A stretch of DNA of 64,000 nucleotides. It comes from Rhynchobatus australiae. Taxonomy: Eukaryota. The translations under genes were made by a program, and so were the position numbers. Within the stretch, counting starts at the first letter, position 1, and the number at the start of each line of letters is the position of its first letter. Below are positions 39,173-51,686 of this stretch, piece after piece. The notes under the pieces are model-generated. The model was given only the letters and a program-made list of their open reading frames with translations, ran no database searches and had not been told where the DNA came from. The stretch lies in the NCBI GenBank assembly GCA_034780895.1, contig JAUZTB010000017.1, positions 16,905,005-16,969,004 of the forward strand, in the 5' to 3' direction.

Positions 39173-42100
39173 GCCCATCAGGTTTCCTGCAGATATACTA
39201 AATTCACTTCAACAAACATATCACTAATGCCGAGGTCTGTTGTCAAATTTGTCCAGCAGATTCGGAAAAATAATGGCCACGAGGTTCAGATTCTTCCTAT
39301 TATACCTTGGCTCATCACACTAGAGCCTCATGCCCCAATATCAAGAGCAAGGCTGAAACTGACCCTAGTGCAGATCATGGATGATGTGAACATGCACAAC
39401 TGAGCTCAACTTCAGCTTGTACTGAGAATAGCAATGAGTACAGAATAAGGTCATCCAGCAGCAACAAGATGTAGCTACTCCGGCATTATGCCAACCACAA
39501 CACAATAAATAAGTTTACAGAATCTCTCCTACTTAAAAACATTGCAGTTAAGGCAGCAAATGCTTTAATGGCCTAATCTTCATTGTAAGTGCACTTACTA
39601 TGAATTTCCAGTTTGACTAATTGCATTGCAACTATAGGCAACCAGTTTTGTGACTAGTTAACATTTGCTAATAAGACAAATTTTGTCATGCAAATTTTGT
39701 TGACAGAATGTCAATTACCACTTTAAAAGTATTGTAGTTAAGTTTGTTCAGCACAGTGAGAGCTACAGTCTGAATTACAAGCCTGGAGGTTGCAAATAAA
39801 CACCCAGCATGACAAACACAAACTCCAATTACAATCATTAAGAAAAGATTTTTTTCCTGGATTATGTCATGAAAGATTTTGGCCTAGCAATTGATCCATG
39901 TTTTCTTCTGGCCTTAAAACAATGTTGCGGTCAACCCTGATACTCTTTGTATAAAGAAAGTTGTATAAAGAATAAGAATTTCAAATGTCAGTTTCAACAT
40001 GACATGTCATATTGCAAGTTCCTGGGATTGTTGGACTGTAATTCAGGAGATGCAATGTTTGCATCTTGCTCTTAAAAGGGCATACCACTTCATAAGCAAT
40101 ACTCTTCCAGCCACTGGAGGTGATGCAAACAAATGATGGATTCTGCAACATTGAGCGAGGGACAGGGACCAAAGAACCTGAGAAAATTGCTGAAAAATTG
40201 TGACTGCAGGAAGCAAGTTCTTTGTGCAGGAGTCCACAGACACCTTCTTGAGCCGTAGCTAGGTACTTTTGGCAGGAAGTGTCAGGGAGGACCGTGAAAG
40301 GAAATGCTACACTTTGAGAAAGGCTGCTATACAAGCAAATGTCCATGTCCATTCCGTCTGCTCTCTTCTGCATGAGGAGGAAGATACAGCAGGGAGCAAC
40401 AAATTGTGAGATGTTTAAAAAAAATACCAGCAGCAGCCTGGAATAATCTTGAAGCTTGGAACCTGGGAGTGACAATCACCCTGACCTTTATGGTCAAAGT
40501 GGTTAAGAAAGATGTAAGAGGTTAATGTTTGAGGTCATAGGAGATCACAAATCTGTGATTACAAAGAATGCAGATTGAGCACTAGCCCTACAAATAGCAT
40601 TTCTTAAAGGGGAACTGGTGATAGTAAATGCTGATTGTTCTGTGTGGAAATAATAATTGCTGTTTTTCAAACCAAGAAGCTTGAAAATCTCACTTCAGTT
40701 GGATTTTGCATGTTGCACAACTGTTGATGTAACCTGGGGATGGGGGGAAATTTTACACAATAAGTGTTAGGGGTCAAAAACCCCACCTAATAAATGTGCA
40801 GGTAGTCGTTAAGTGCTGAGGAAACCAGAAATATGCACAAAATTAGTCTGCTCCAGGAACCATGTTTTTTTTGGAGTTGTCTAAATGATGTTACAGCCCT
40901 GCAAATTTCAACTTGGTTAAAAGCAATAATTTCAATATTTTATAGAATTCTCAAAGTCTGCACTAACATTATTAATCATGCACGGTTTTGCCTCAAAACG
41001 TCAACACTTCTACNNNNNNNNNNNNNNNNNNNNNNNNNNNNNNNNNNNNNNNNNNNNNNNNNNNNNNNNNNNNNNNNNNNNNNNNNNNNNNCCCCTTTTA
41101 CAATGCGTGGTTTCCTTTACTTGATGAATACTTGGATTAGGAAGTCATTCAAAAAATGCTTCAGATATATACAATAGAAATAACATGTTTAAGACAAAGA
41201 ACTGTTCATAGCATTCAAAATTAACTAGTTTCAACTAAACCTTCATTGTTTCAGATCTATGATAAATAGCAGGCCGATATCTGGAGAACTGCGTGGCCTA
41301 GTTTTATTGTGGTAATTTGTTTTTTTGTGTTGCACTATTGCATTGCCTTGATAAAGTGACCAACAGATTTTGTCAGATGGAAAGCTGATCTTAATCATTT
41401 CAGTTTGATGCTATGGGACCAGCTTGGAACTTGTTAGAGCCAACAGAGATCAGGCTGCCCAAAATAACTTGAACTAACTCAAATATGACTGTATCATTCT
41501 AAAGAGGTACCATCCAAACATTATTACTGATGTGCAATATGAGGCGTAACATTCATCCTCGGAAGGCTGGTAAAGCAAAGCAATAACTTTTACTTATATA
41601 GCTCTTAGAGCTCACTATGCCATTTTTAGCTCTTTATCAGGGTCAAAAAAATTGCATGCAGGCAAATCCAAGTCAGTACTTCTGATCAACATTTGACTGG
41701 ATATAGGTTGTTCATCATAAAGACCCAAGACCCCAGTCTTGAGTTATTTCATTGCTATTCTGTGGTAACGAGCAATAACTTTGAGCACGTGCTTTTGTTA
41801 AAGGCAGCCTTAGGATACACTGAGTAGTTGTGAATAAGCACTATTTCTATTGACTGATGAAGCCAGAAGCACTGAGCTTTGTTTGCTAAGGCACACTGAA
41901 GATCTATTGAGTACCTTAGCATTTGACAACCTGAGGTAGTAGAAGAAATAAAAGGAAAATATTCCTTGAATAAGTATAACTAGTTACAGAAAATATACAA
42001 TTTATTCACAGTCTTTACCAATCATCTGCAGGCATCCTAAGAAATACATTTGTAATATTTGTTACAGGCACTTCTAAAAACTTCAGTAATAATATGTTAT

Positions 42101-43639
42101 TGGTCAATTTGGTCACAAATTGAGTCCATGCAATGTCATTCTGAATTATGAGACTACCAACAAGTTAAGAGTACTGATCATCGCAGTGCAAGTCAAGAGG
42201 AATTGAGACTGAATTGACTGGAAGATAGCAGAGGCATCTGTCCCAGATGTTGACATCAAGAAATGCCAATGATCCCAATGCAGGAATATCATTTGAGGTG
42301 GTGCAAGAGAGTTTGGGACAACTACGTCTGGAGTGAATAGGAGAGCCTAGAAAGTCAAGAATTTCCAAACAGGCCAGGAGGGGTAGAAAGGATTATATAC
42401 CAAGTTCTTTTCAGAACAACTACTGCATAATGCTACTTGTTGCTGCATATGCTGGTGAAAGAAAGACTGTATACTGCAGAATTAAATTAGGTTCTGAATA
42501 ATGTAAATAAGCCTCAACATTTCAGTATTTATGAGATCACTGTGAGCCAATTCAAACCCCAGAACTTTGGTGGGGTGCAATTACAGTCAATATTGGGCAA
42601 GTTCAATTGGCTACCAATGTAACTCTGCTTCAAGACCACATCCTCCAGAGGGATTGGATTAAAGACTGGTGTTTTCTTTCTACATTTGTTGAAACCAGGT
42701 AACTGGTTACTACGTGGATGCCTTATGAAACACTGTTATATGCAGTTATAATCAATCTGGCTTGCTACCCACATTCGCAGCCCTGCTCCTCCCCTGCATT
42801 ATTCCAGCAACCACACTTACTGAGACCTGGCTGCCATGATGCTCCTGCCTAGCAGAGAAGGCCACAAAATGATGGATGGGGCAATCTGATGCCCCAATCT
42901 GAAATGCCCTGATGACTTTTTGACAGCTTATACTAGAAATTAATTTAAAAAAAAACAAAGCAAAGAAAAATAAAGAAATCACTTACCTTTCTAATCAAGG
43001 TCAGGGACCCCATTGAAAATGAATAGGGCCATGCTTCCAATGACTGGTTCTTGTGACTGGCATAGAGCTGAGAAACCTGATGTATATCCAGCCCCTCATA
43101 TCAGAATTTTTATATTCAGCCCCAGACTCGCTGCTGAAAACTGAAGCAGAGTAGAAGTGCTGAATCACCAGCATCTAATCTTGAGCTTACCACTGACATC
43201 TGTGTTTCAATGTGCAGGCGCAGAATTCAGTGACGATCTGACACACAAGAAGGACAACAATGTCTCAATGGAACCAATAGCCACAGGCAAGAATGACTCG
43301 GGCCAAAGTTCTCAGATATTTCAGTGAAATGATTAACCAAAAACAAGCACTGACTGTCACAAATCTTCAATTAGGTATAAAGTTACAGGCAAAACATTTT
43401 TTGGTGTATTTATGGAAACTTCAGCCCAAACTTAAGCAAGCAGCAATTAGCACTGACACAAGGCCAAATTAATCTCATCCTCTCAAGAAAGCTGCAATTT
43501 AAATATCCACCCAAGATTATGTCATCTAAGGTATTTAGAATTTCTCAAACCACTGTACTTTTCATATCATACTTCGTGCCAAATGCTGAACTTGCTACAG
43601 CCCATACACTCAGGACAACTGCAACATTGACATTAAAAC

Positions 43640-45275
43640 AAACATAAAATGCTGCAGATGCTGGAAATCTGAGATATATACAGAAAGTGCTGGAAATACA
43701 CCACAGGTCAAGCAGCTTCCATGGAGAGAGAAACAGGGGTGAAACTTCAGGTTTATAACCTTAGAGTTATATTATCAATAAGCCTACTAACAACATTGTT
43801 TGGTGAACTGACCTCACTATCTTGCAAAAGCTAACACCAGCTCTCTAATATCTTCTCATATTCCCTCTGCACCACCTAACTTTAGGCTATTATTTCCTAC
43901 ACAGTCATTCATTCTATTTCCTCTGGTGATCTTCCCTCCAGTTTTCAACAGCAGTCTCCCAACATACACAAACTCCGTCTTCTCCTTGAGATCCACAAGT
44001 AGTCAAGTCCTTTTAAAAAAAATTTCAGCCAACTCCTGTCACCCAGACAGAGCTTATTCTTTTTCTTCTTGTCCAGTACCTTCCCACCTAATCCATGACC
44101 CTTCTGCCACACTTGACTGCTTTCTTAGCTCACACTATCCCATTTTCACCATAAATACCCAATGCCTCTGTACCCCTTTTTCAAATGGCTTGAGGACCCT
44201 CAGCTTTTCCTTTGAATAGCCACACACAGCCTTACATTAAACTTCCCCTTTAAATCCACTCACTTCATCCTAAGGGTTCAAGCTATGCCTACCCCTTTCT
44301 GACAAACTTAAAACATTTGTTTCAGTTGGTCCTCTCCATCACCCTTTTCTCCAGTACAAGGACGACAATTTTGCAGTCACTTCCTGTTCTTGCCCTGCCT
44401 AATAAAATGTCATCTTTGCTGCCAGTTTCTACTCACTCTCACATTCACATGGTTAATTGCCAGCTCTCCCCTTCAATTTTTTCCATTTCCATTTTAGGAA
44501 ATAGGATAGACACCAGTGTCCACTACAAGAGCAGAGACTCCTTAGCTACATTGACAACACTTTTTCCCACTTTACTTTCTATAATTATTCCCTTCACTCA
44601 GCTTCCCAGTACGTCACAACTGTTCTGAAACTGTCATCTTCTGTACCAGTACAGACCTTCCATTTTCTTCCAGCTTGGATTCCCTTCCACCACAGTTGAT
44701 AGGATCCTCAATCATATCCATTCTGTTTCCTACTTTTCCACTCCTACACTCCCCCTTCCAAAACCAGGATCATATTTTCCAGGGGGTCAATTCTCCACAG
44801 ATCCTGCATGACCTGCTCATTGTCCCCAGCGATTTCTGTCTTCATTTCAGATTTCCAGCATCTGTGTCTTTACTTTTCCATTCTTGTCCTACTATCACCT
44901 TCTTTCACTTGTGTACTATCACCCCTGTAATCTGTCCTGCAGGGACTGGAGGGATATGGATGATGTACAGGCAGAAGCGATCTAGTTTAATTCTGCATTA
45001 AGTGCAGAGCAGACATTGTAGGCTGAAGGGCCTGCTCCTGTGCTGTACTGTTCTATATTTTATGTTCCAAACCATCATTGACCTCCTCTTCTTCCCCCTT
45101 TGTCTGAATCTTAAAACCTATTTATCTCCAGCTTTCCCCAGTTCTGATAGAAGATCATTGACCTTAATAGTTTAGCACAATTACTCTCTCCATTGAGGCT
45201 CCTTAACCTACCGTGTACTTCCAGCATTTACTGGTTTTACCTCATGTTTCCAGCAGTCACCGTGCTTTGCTTTTG
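43640..45275 (+). mobile_element. Decayed Penelope-like element with inverted termini and nested insertions
   Basis: ISILGNRIDTSVHYKSRDS resembles the Penelope RT segment (..T.V.YKPTDSH.YL). The left end gatgctggaaatctgag...agtgctggaaatacac and right end gtgtacttccagcattt...ctcatgtttccagca are inverted copies. Confidence 0.7.
44940..45068 (+). mobile_element. CR1 3' end nested inside the Penelope-like element
   Basis: gagggatatgg...ggctgaagggcctgctcctgtgctgtactgttctatattttatgttc. Confidence 0.75.
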
Positions 45276-46669
45276 TTATCGTTATATAGCATTGTATGAG
45301 TGGTGTACCATAAACTTAAAGGCAAAGTCATGGACAGGCAGATATACTAGTAATTTTCCATTTAAACTGAGTAATTTACCAAGTGGAAGATGACAGAAAG
45401 AAAAGATGTTTTATTGCATAATTAAAGCATGACTACAGAGTTTCATTCATTTGTTTGCAGCAATTCAAAATCCACATTTTGTAATGTATAATTTGTGGTC
45501 AATGGATTCAATGACTATAATAGCATTTGAATGCACTACTGGATATCTTACTTTTTTTTTTACAAAAATATAATTCATAAACCTAAACCCATACAACAGC
45601 AGAAAGTAATTTGATGAAAATCAAAGTTCAGAACACATGTTAAAGGTTTTACTAATGCTTAAATATTTGTAGATGTAACAAAGGATGATTTACGACTCAT
45701 CAAGGTTCCCAATGTCTGGAAAGTTGAGATCCCTTGAATGTANNNNNNNNNNTAGTATTTATCAACCCAGTGGTGCAGAAGGTGAATTAATATTCAGTTA
45801 TTAATTCAATGTACTGTAACAGTCAAATAATTTCAACAATATATGTTAATTTAGCTCCCTCATATGGTTGAGCTCAGTATCTTCCTTCAAGATGCTTTTG
45901 GTGATGAAAGCAGCACTCATGAACAAATGGACTCATTCTAGCCAAATTTAACAAAAAACAAGATAAAACAAAAATGCAAATTAAAGTATCAATTTTTTAT
46001 TAAAACCTTACAGACAACATAGCATTTAAAGACCAGCAATACTATATCACGTGACGGCACCCACAGATCTACATTTTGCAGTCAGCAGTGAATTGTACTT
46101 CACTGCTGACCTTGAAGCTAGCCACAAAGATCTAGCAATCTATGGTGTGGACCTCCCATTTTCTGACATCAATGACACATGTAACAGTCATAATATAATC
46201 AAGGTAAAGACATCAAGGAATTGTCACAAGCCAAAAAGCAGGGTAGGAAAAACAAATATTTAACAAAGTTTTGATACATTTCACAGATTATTAAGTAAAG
46301 ATGGAACACACACAAGATTAAGGTAGTTGAAATTTCATGCAGTATAAAAAGAAGAAAAAAAATTAAATTTCATTCTTTTGAAATATTTACGTGAGTGAAT
46401 TACAATCCACATAAATAATATTTTTGGGCCAAGGAATTTCCTAAGCTGTAATTAGGTAAGTTTTTAATGATAAACTAAACTCTAGATTCTATATAACATT
46501 TTCAGCATGGCTGGTTTGAATTCTAGTCAACCACTAAACTGAATTTTTTTTAGTTCCAATGGAGAAATTCACAAAATAATATGGAATGTAGAGGAGGGCT
46601 GATACACTGGGAGCAACTTTTAGATTTCCACATGAACCTATGAATGTTTCTCATGCTTTTCATATTTTG

Positions 46670-47012
46670 TTTTGATATGGGAGGCCATTTGGCCCAATAA
46701 TTCTATGTCAGCTCACAGACTAATCCCATCAGTCCCATTCTCCTATTTATTTCCCTGTAATTGATCCTCTCACACTATCCCCCCACTTCTCCTGCCACCC
46801 TTCTAAACAAAGTGTCATTTATGGGAGCCAACTAGCCTACCAGAACAAATTTGGGATGTAAGAGGAAATCAGGGCACTGGGGGGTGGAGGATGCACTTGG
46901 TCACAGGGAGAACATGCAAACTCGACAGAAACAGCACCCGAGGTTAGGATCGAACCTGGGTTAACGGAGCTGTGCCGCAGCAGCACTAACAGCTGCACCA
47001 ATGTACCACCCT
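46670..47012 (-). mobile_element. V-SINE/HE1-like SINE
   Basis: Minus head ggtggtacattggtgcagctgttagtgctgctg...ccaggttcgatcc (B box), then gtttgcatgttctccctgtgacc; CR1-like tail near 46680. Confidence 0.75.
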
Positions 47013-47439
47013 CCAGACCAGATGTGCAGATGTTCCAAAGTGAACGTCATTTTACTCAGGTAATGACTGTGAATAACTATATTTTAGCTCCCATTACAAC
47101 TGCAAAATCCTCACCATATACTTAAAACATTTTTATTCCAGGCTATGGCTGCAAAATATATACATCAATATGCAGAGAAATGGTATTGCCATCTTTCCAC
47201 ATCCCTCTCCTCAAACTTATCACAGCTAAAATACAGCTGACACGTCAGCATTATTATTATTACTAAATTGTCTGAAATTGTATTTCATGTTACCAGCTTT
47301 TTATATGTACCAATTTTAATATACATTTGTGGTGTGTAATAGAACTACTTAACAGTTGAATGACATGTGGTGGCAACTTAGCTCAAAATTACCCACAATC
47401 GTAATCAAGCCATTTATTTCACAAATAATGCAGATGTGC

Positions 47440-47889
47440 AATAGAATCACAAAAAGGTTACAGGATGGAAAGAGATTATTTAACCCATCGAGTCCATACC
47501 AGCTCTACGTAAGAGCAATCAATCTAGTCCCATATTCCCACTTTCTCCCAATGGTTGTCATTTTTTTCTTTTAAGTACATATCCATTTCTCTTTTGAATT
47601 CCACAATAGAATTTGCATCCACTAGCTTCTTGGCAGTGTATTCCAAATCCTAACCACATGCTATGTAAAAAAAAAGTTAACCATCTGTCACTTTTGTTTC
47701 ACTTTTCCAATTTACCACCATTCTAAGAACTCCAATTCTTGACTCTTCTATCAATGGGAACAGTTTTTAATCTACCCTGACTGAACCATTCATGATTCTA
47801 AATATCAGATTCCCTCTTAATATCTTTTGTTGATGGAAAAACAAGAGCAGCATTGGAATTCTAAAGTTGTTCATCCCTGAAATCATTGG
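47440..47889 (-). mobile_element. Decayed CR1 3' fragment
   Basis: The minus ORF ends LRGNLIFRIMNGSVRVD (compare LRGDLIEVFKIM.G.DRVD); ttccaaatcctaaccac is the reverse complement of a RVVR.WN-coding region. Confidence 0.65.
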
Positions 47890-48084
47890 AGCAACAAATA
47901 ATCTGCTAGAACAACTCAGTGGTCGACGTTTTAGATTGAAACCCTGCATTAGGACTAGTCTTGACTGAAAACGTTGACAATTCCTTCCTCCCCCTCCCCC
48001 CCTACAGATGCTGCTCAACCTCCTGAGTTCCTCCAGCAGATTATTTGTTGCTCCTGATTCCAGTATCTACAGTCTCTTATGTCT
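47888..48084. mobile_element. About 200-bp hairpin, Penelope-terminus-derived mini-element with flanking direct repeat
   Basis: Inverted arms ggagcaacaaataatctgctagaacaactcag (47888-47919) and ctgagttcctccagcagattatttgttgctcc (48023-48054); cctgaaatcattgg is repeated at 47876-47889 and 48085-48098. Confidence 0.8.
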
Positions 48085-51000
48085 CCTGAAATCATTGGGA
48101 TGGAAAGATCTCCAACTTTTTGACAGCAATTTGGGGTTTAACTCAGAAGTGTTTCTTAGTTCAGCTTTTGAAACATTAACATTCATAAAATAATTGTTTT
48201 AATGATCCTACTTGAACTTTTCTAGCAATTATAAAAGATTCTTTTAAGATTCCTGTGGGGAATTCCCTTAAGAAAATATGAAGTAAATTTGATTGAGAAA
48301 AAGATGTAATATACATATGTGAATTCTTTGTTCTAGCACAAAACCATACATAAACATTTCAAGGCCCTATGAGAAACTGTCAACTTAAAACATACCTATT
48401 TTGGTACAATGTTCATTTAGCAATATTTTTTTGCACAAAAGCATGCATGCAGCATAAACCAGAGTCCTATAGATCAACAAGTCTGAATTTATCCTGAAAC
48501 AAAGTTATATTTTTGCAGATATTTCAGCTATTGGAATGTTCATAAAACATCTTAAATTATAAATGGCAAAAAATATTAGATTTTGGAAGGAAGGTCAATT
48601 AGTATACTGAATTATATTTTTAAAAAATCAAGTTTTTATTTTAATAAACTCATAGGAATAAATAAATGAGGTGTATGTTACGCAACCAATAATCAAAAAA
48701 GATGAAAATATATACCAATATAAATATTTTAGTAAACTGCCACACAAAAATACATGAATGTTTAATTTAGGCGCNNNNNNNNNNNNNNNNNNNNNNNNNN
48801 NNNNNNNNNNNNNNNNNNNNNNNNNNNNNNNNNNNNNNNNNNNNNNNNNNNNNNNNNNNNNNNNNNNNNNNNNNAAAATACATGAATGTTTAATTTAGGC
48901 GCTACCTATGTCATTATCTGTTACACATTCTTCCACTGATTCCCTTTTGGGAATCTCAAAATGCATGCAGTTTTTTTTAAATCTCTCGATTTCAGCATTA
49001 CTTTATATTCCGCTGAAAACACACAGACTCCTATGTAGAGGAAAAGCTCTCATTCCTCATATAGCACCGAGGAACATATGAGAAGTATATTCTTTAGAGC
49101 CTCCATAGAGTCACAGCATTTTTTTAAGTTTCTGCATTTCACTTGGGATTCTGCCTTTTCAGAAATTAGCAAGTCTGTTTTGAGTTTTGCCACTGCAGAA
49201 GTCTTCATGCATATATATTTTTGCTACCCAAAACAAGGAGTAACCGTCTACAAGGCCATTGTCAAATTTAAGAGAAAAACAGAAAATTTACTTTAGTAAC
49301 TTTACATCTTTATTAGATCTGACTTGAAACATGAAGTAGTTCAAAGTTAAGGATGAAAAGCTCAAGCCATAAAAATGACTACAGATCTAAACGCTGCTCA
49401 TTCTGAATAGTCTAAATGATGGCGATTAATGTCGGCTTTACATATGTTTCAGATTTACATCTACAATACTGATACATATATAAAATACTTTTTTCTAAAT
49501 TATATGTTACAGCTTTTACATTGGTATTTTTAATGTATTTCATGGGTGTGAAGTCTGATCTTAATAATTATGATCTATCATGAAATACCATTCATATTTA
49601 TTCAACATAATTACATAAATTGTTGCATCTCATTCAAACAGACTCCAGGCAAATCCATTTGAACCATTTCTGACAAGTGAATTCTACTTTATACTTAATT
49701 CAGAGTTTCAAGAATCATATTTATCCCCTGATATCATATTAAGTTTTGTATGGAAAATATGAAATGTGACATCTTATGCACTGTAGGTCCCAAAGGAGGG
49801 AAAATGGTTTGGAGAAAACAAATTTAACAGAAAAACACCTAACATTATATGGAAGAACAGGTAGTATTTCAAATTTCCTATGCCACAGCCCTTTGTAATT
49901 GTGGCTGATAGAGGTTTAATTTCCTATAGTTGCAAAGAATGATGTACATGTACTGATGTACTTCATTCAGTGCAGATATTTTTATGTAGAGTGTGATAGT
50001 AATAAAAAGTAATTGGCTGTAAGGAGATTATGCTAACTTAAAGGCAAACAGTAATATAAATGCACACTGTGAGTGCAATCATTCAGAAATCCTACAATAT
50101 TGTTTTTAAAATGCTATTATTTATCTCAAGTTGAATCATTTACTGAAAAATGTTTACATTCAAAATAACTCTATATGCAGTGTTAAATAGCTAAAACATT
50201 TGTAGAATGAAGGTTACATTACATTCCAAAACTGAAGCTCAACAATTTATTAATTTAGTTGAAGAGCAGTATTCAGTATAACATACAGAAAACTGGAACT
50301 TTCCTGCGTACTCATTTCATTTTGTTTTGCATACAAAGGTGTCATATTAAATACAGCAAATGGCAGGCTCAACTGATCAAAATGAATAATAATGGCCTTG
50401 ACTTTAAGTTATATACTACTTGCAAGCTAATATTAAAAAAGTACTAGTTTATATGAACTTAAACTGGGAGAGAGTACTACAAAATTGATTGTAACCAAAA
50501 TCCCACAACGATTCTCTTTTTAAAAAAAAGATTTGTCTCCTAGGTAATAAAGCAAAGCATACATATGTAAAAATTATGGTTAAGACCTAAATATGCTGAA
50601 AGATACAGTTTTTTTTAAAGAAACAATGCTACAGCAAAATATTTAGAAACACATTGACATTAGAAACTCAGTGCAAATACAATTCGTTATTTGCTTGTTT
50701 CAAGGCACAATCATGAAAAATATGAAATGCACTAAAGAGCATAGCAAAAGAATCACAGCTAATATTGACCACTGGCATTCTCAGAATATTCTGCTCTAAT
50801 TTAGAGGCAGCAAAAGACAGCATAACTTCTGAGTTGTCTATCTGTTCTGACCCTCCCAAGTTTCTCCCCAACATTTAATTCTTCCTCCTGAAAGACTGCA
50901 TTGACCACTGCATATTCTGTGTTAACTAGACAAAGTCTGCACTATTCCAACACTGGTTTCTTTGTAAGCATATAGAAAATGACCTACTGACACTACACAA

Positions 51001-51616
51001 AGATAGTAATTATTGAATTACACAGTCTGTCATTGTCGTTTTTGTCACACCTCTAACAGGTGCCATTAACAGAACTGCCAAATTATAATAATCTTTTCAA
51101 GCCCTCTGTGGTCCTAATAATGCCTTTTTCCTGCCCACATAATCAAGGTGTGAACAGTAAACCATTTAGATTGTTACTAAATATAGTGAACTGAAAGCTT
51201 TGACTTGTAGCTTGTTAAGATTGAAGAGCATTTACTATAACATTTACCATAAAAATGGTTTACAGTGCAGGATAATAACATACATTACAAAGCACTTAAT
51301 ATCAATAGCAAGAGATGGAAACACGAACATCAGTTGCACTTATTTCTAATATAAAATAGCTCATAATTTATGTTATGGAACTGCATTATATTGTGTGCTA
51401 CATTTTTTAGTCAAAAAGAATTCTTACTTCATTTCAGACTTCCTAGATGTAGGTATTAAAAGATATAAAAATGCAGTGAATATAATTTGTTATTTTAGGT
51501 TTTTTTTGGATTAAATCAGATGAAACACAACAATAGTAATTAGAAAAGAGCACATATATATTCCATGATAAGAGGTGGAAAAAAAATACTCAGGAACCTT
51601 AATTCTCTGCATCGTC

Positions 51617-51686
51617 TGCATACTTGCATTTACCAGATTAAAATTACAGTGCATATTTGCATTTATTATATTAAAATTACAGTGCA
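51617..51686. repeat. 33-bp tandem duplication
   Basis: tgcatacttgcatttaccagattaaaattacag followed by tgcatatttgcatttattatattaaaattacag and tgca. Confidence 0.8.

Noticed and set aside
39981-40475. 164-aa minus-strand ORF, the longest in the track, with a faint Harbinger-like segment (FKSKMQTLHLLNYSP)
   Set aside because: No convincing domain or splice context, and the resemblance is too weak to call without an HMM search.
48747-48902. 28-bp direct repeat aaaatacatgaatgtttaatttaggcgc
   Set aside because: The copies sit on either side of a 100-N gap and are probably unmerged contig overlap. The same pattern occurs at gaps 7202-7301 (cggtactg) and 27191-27290 (aggggcagg).
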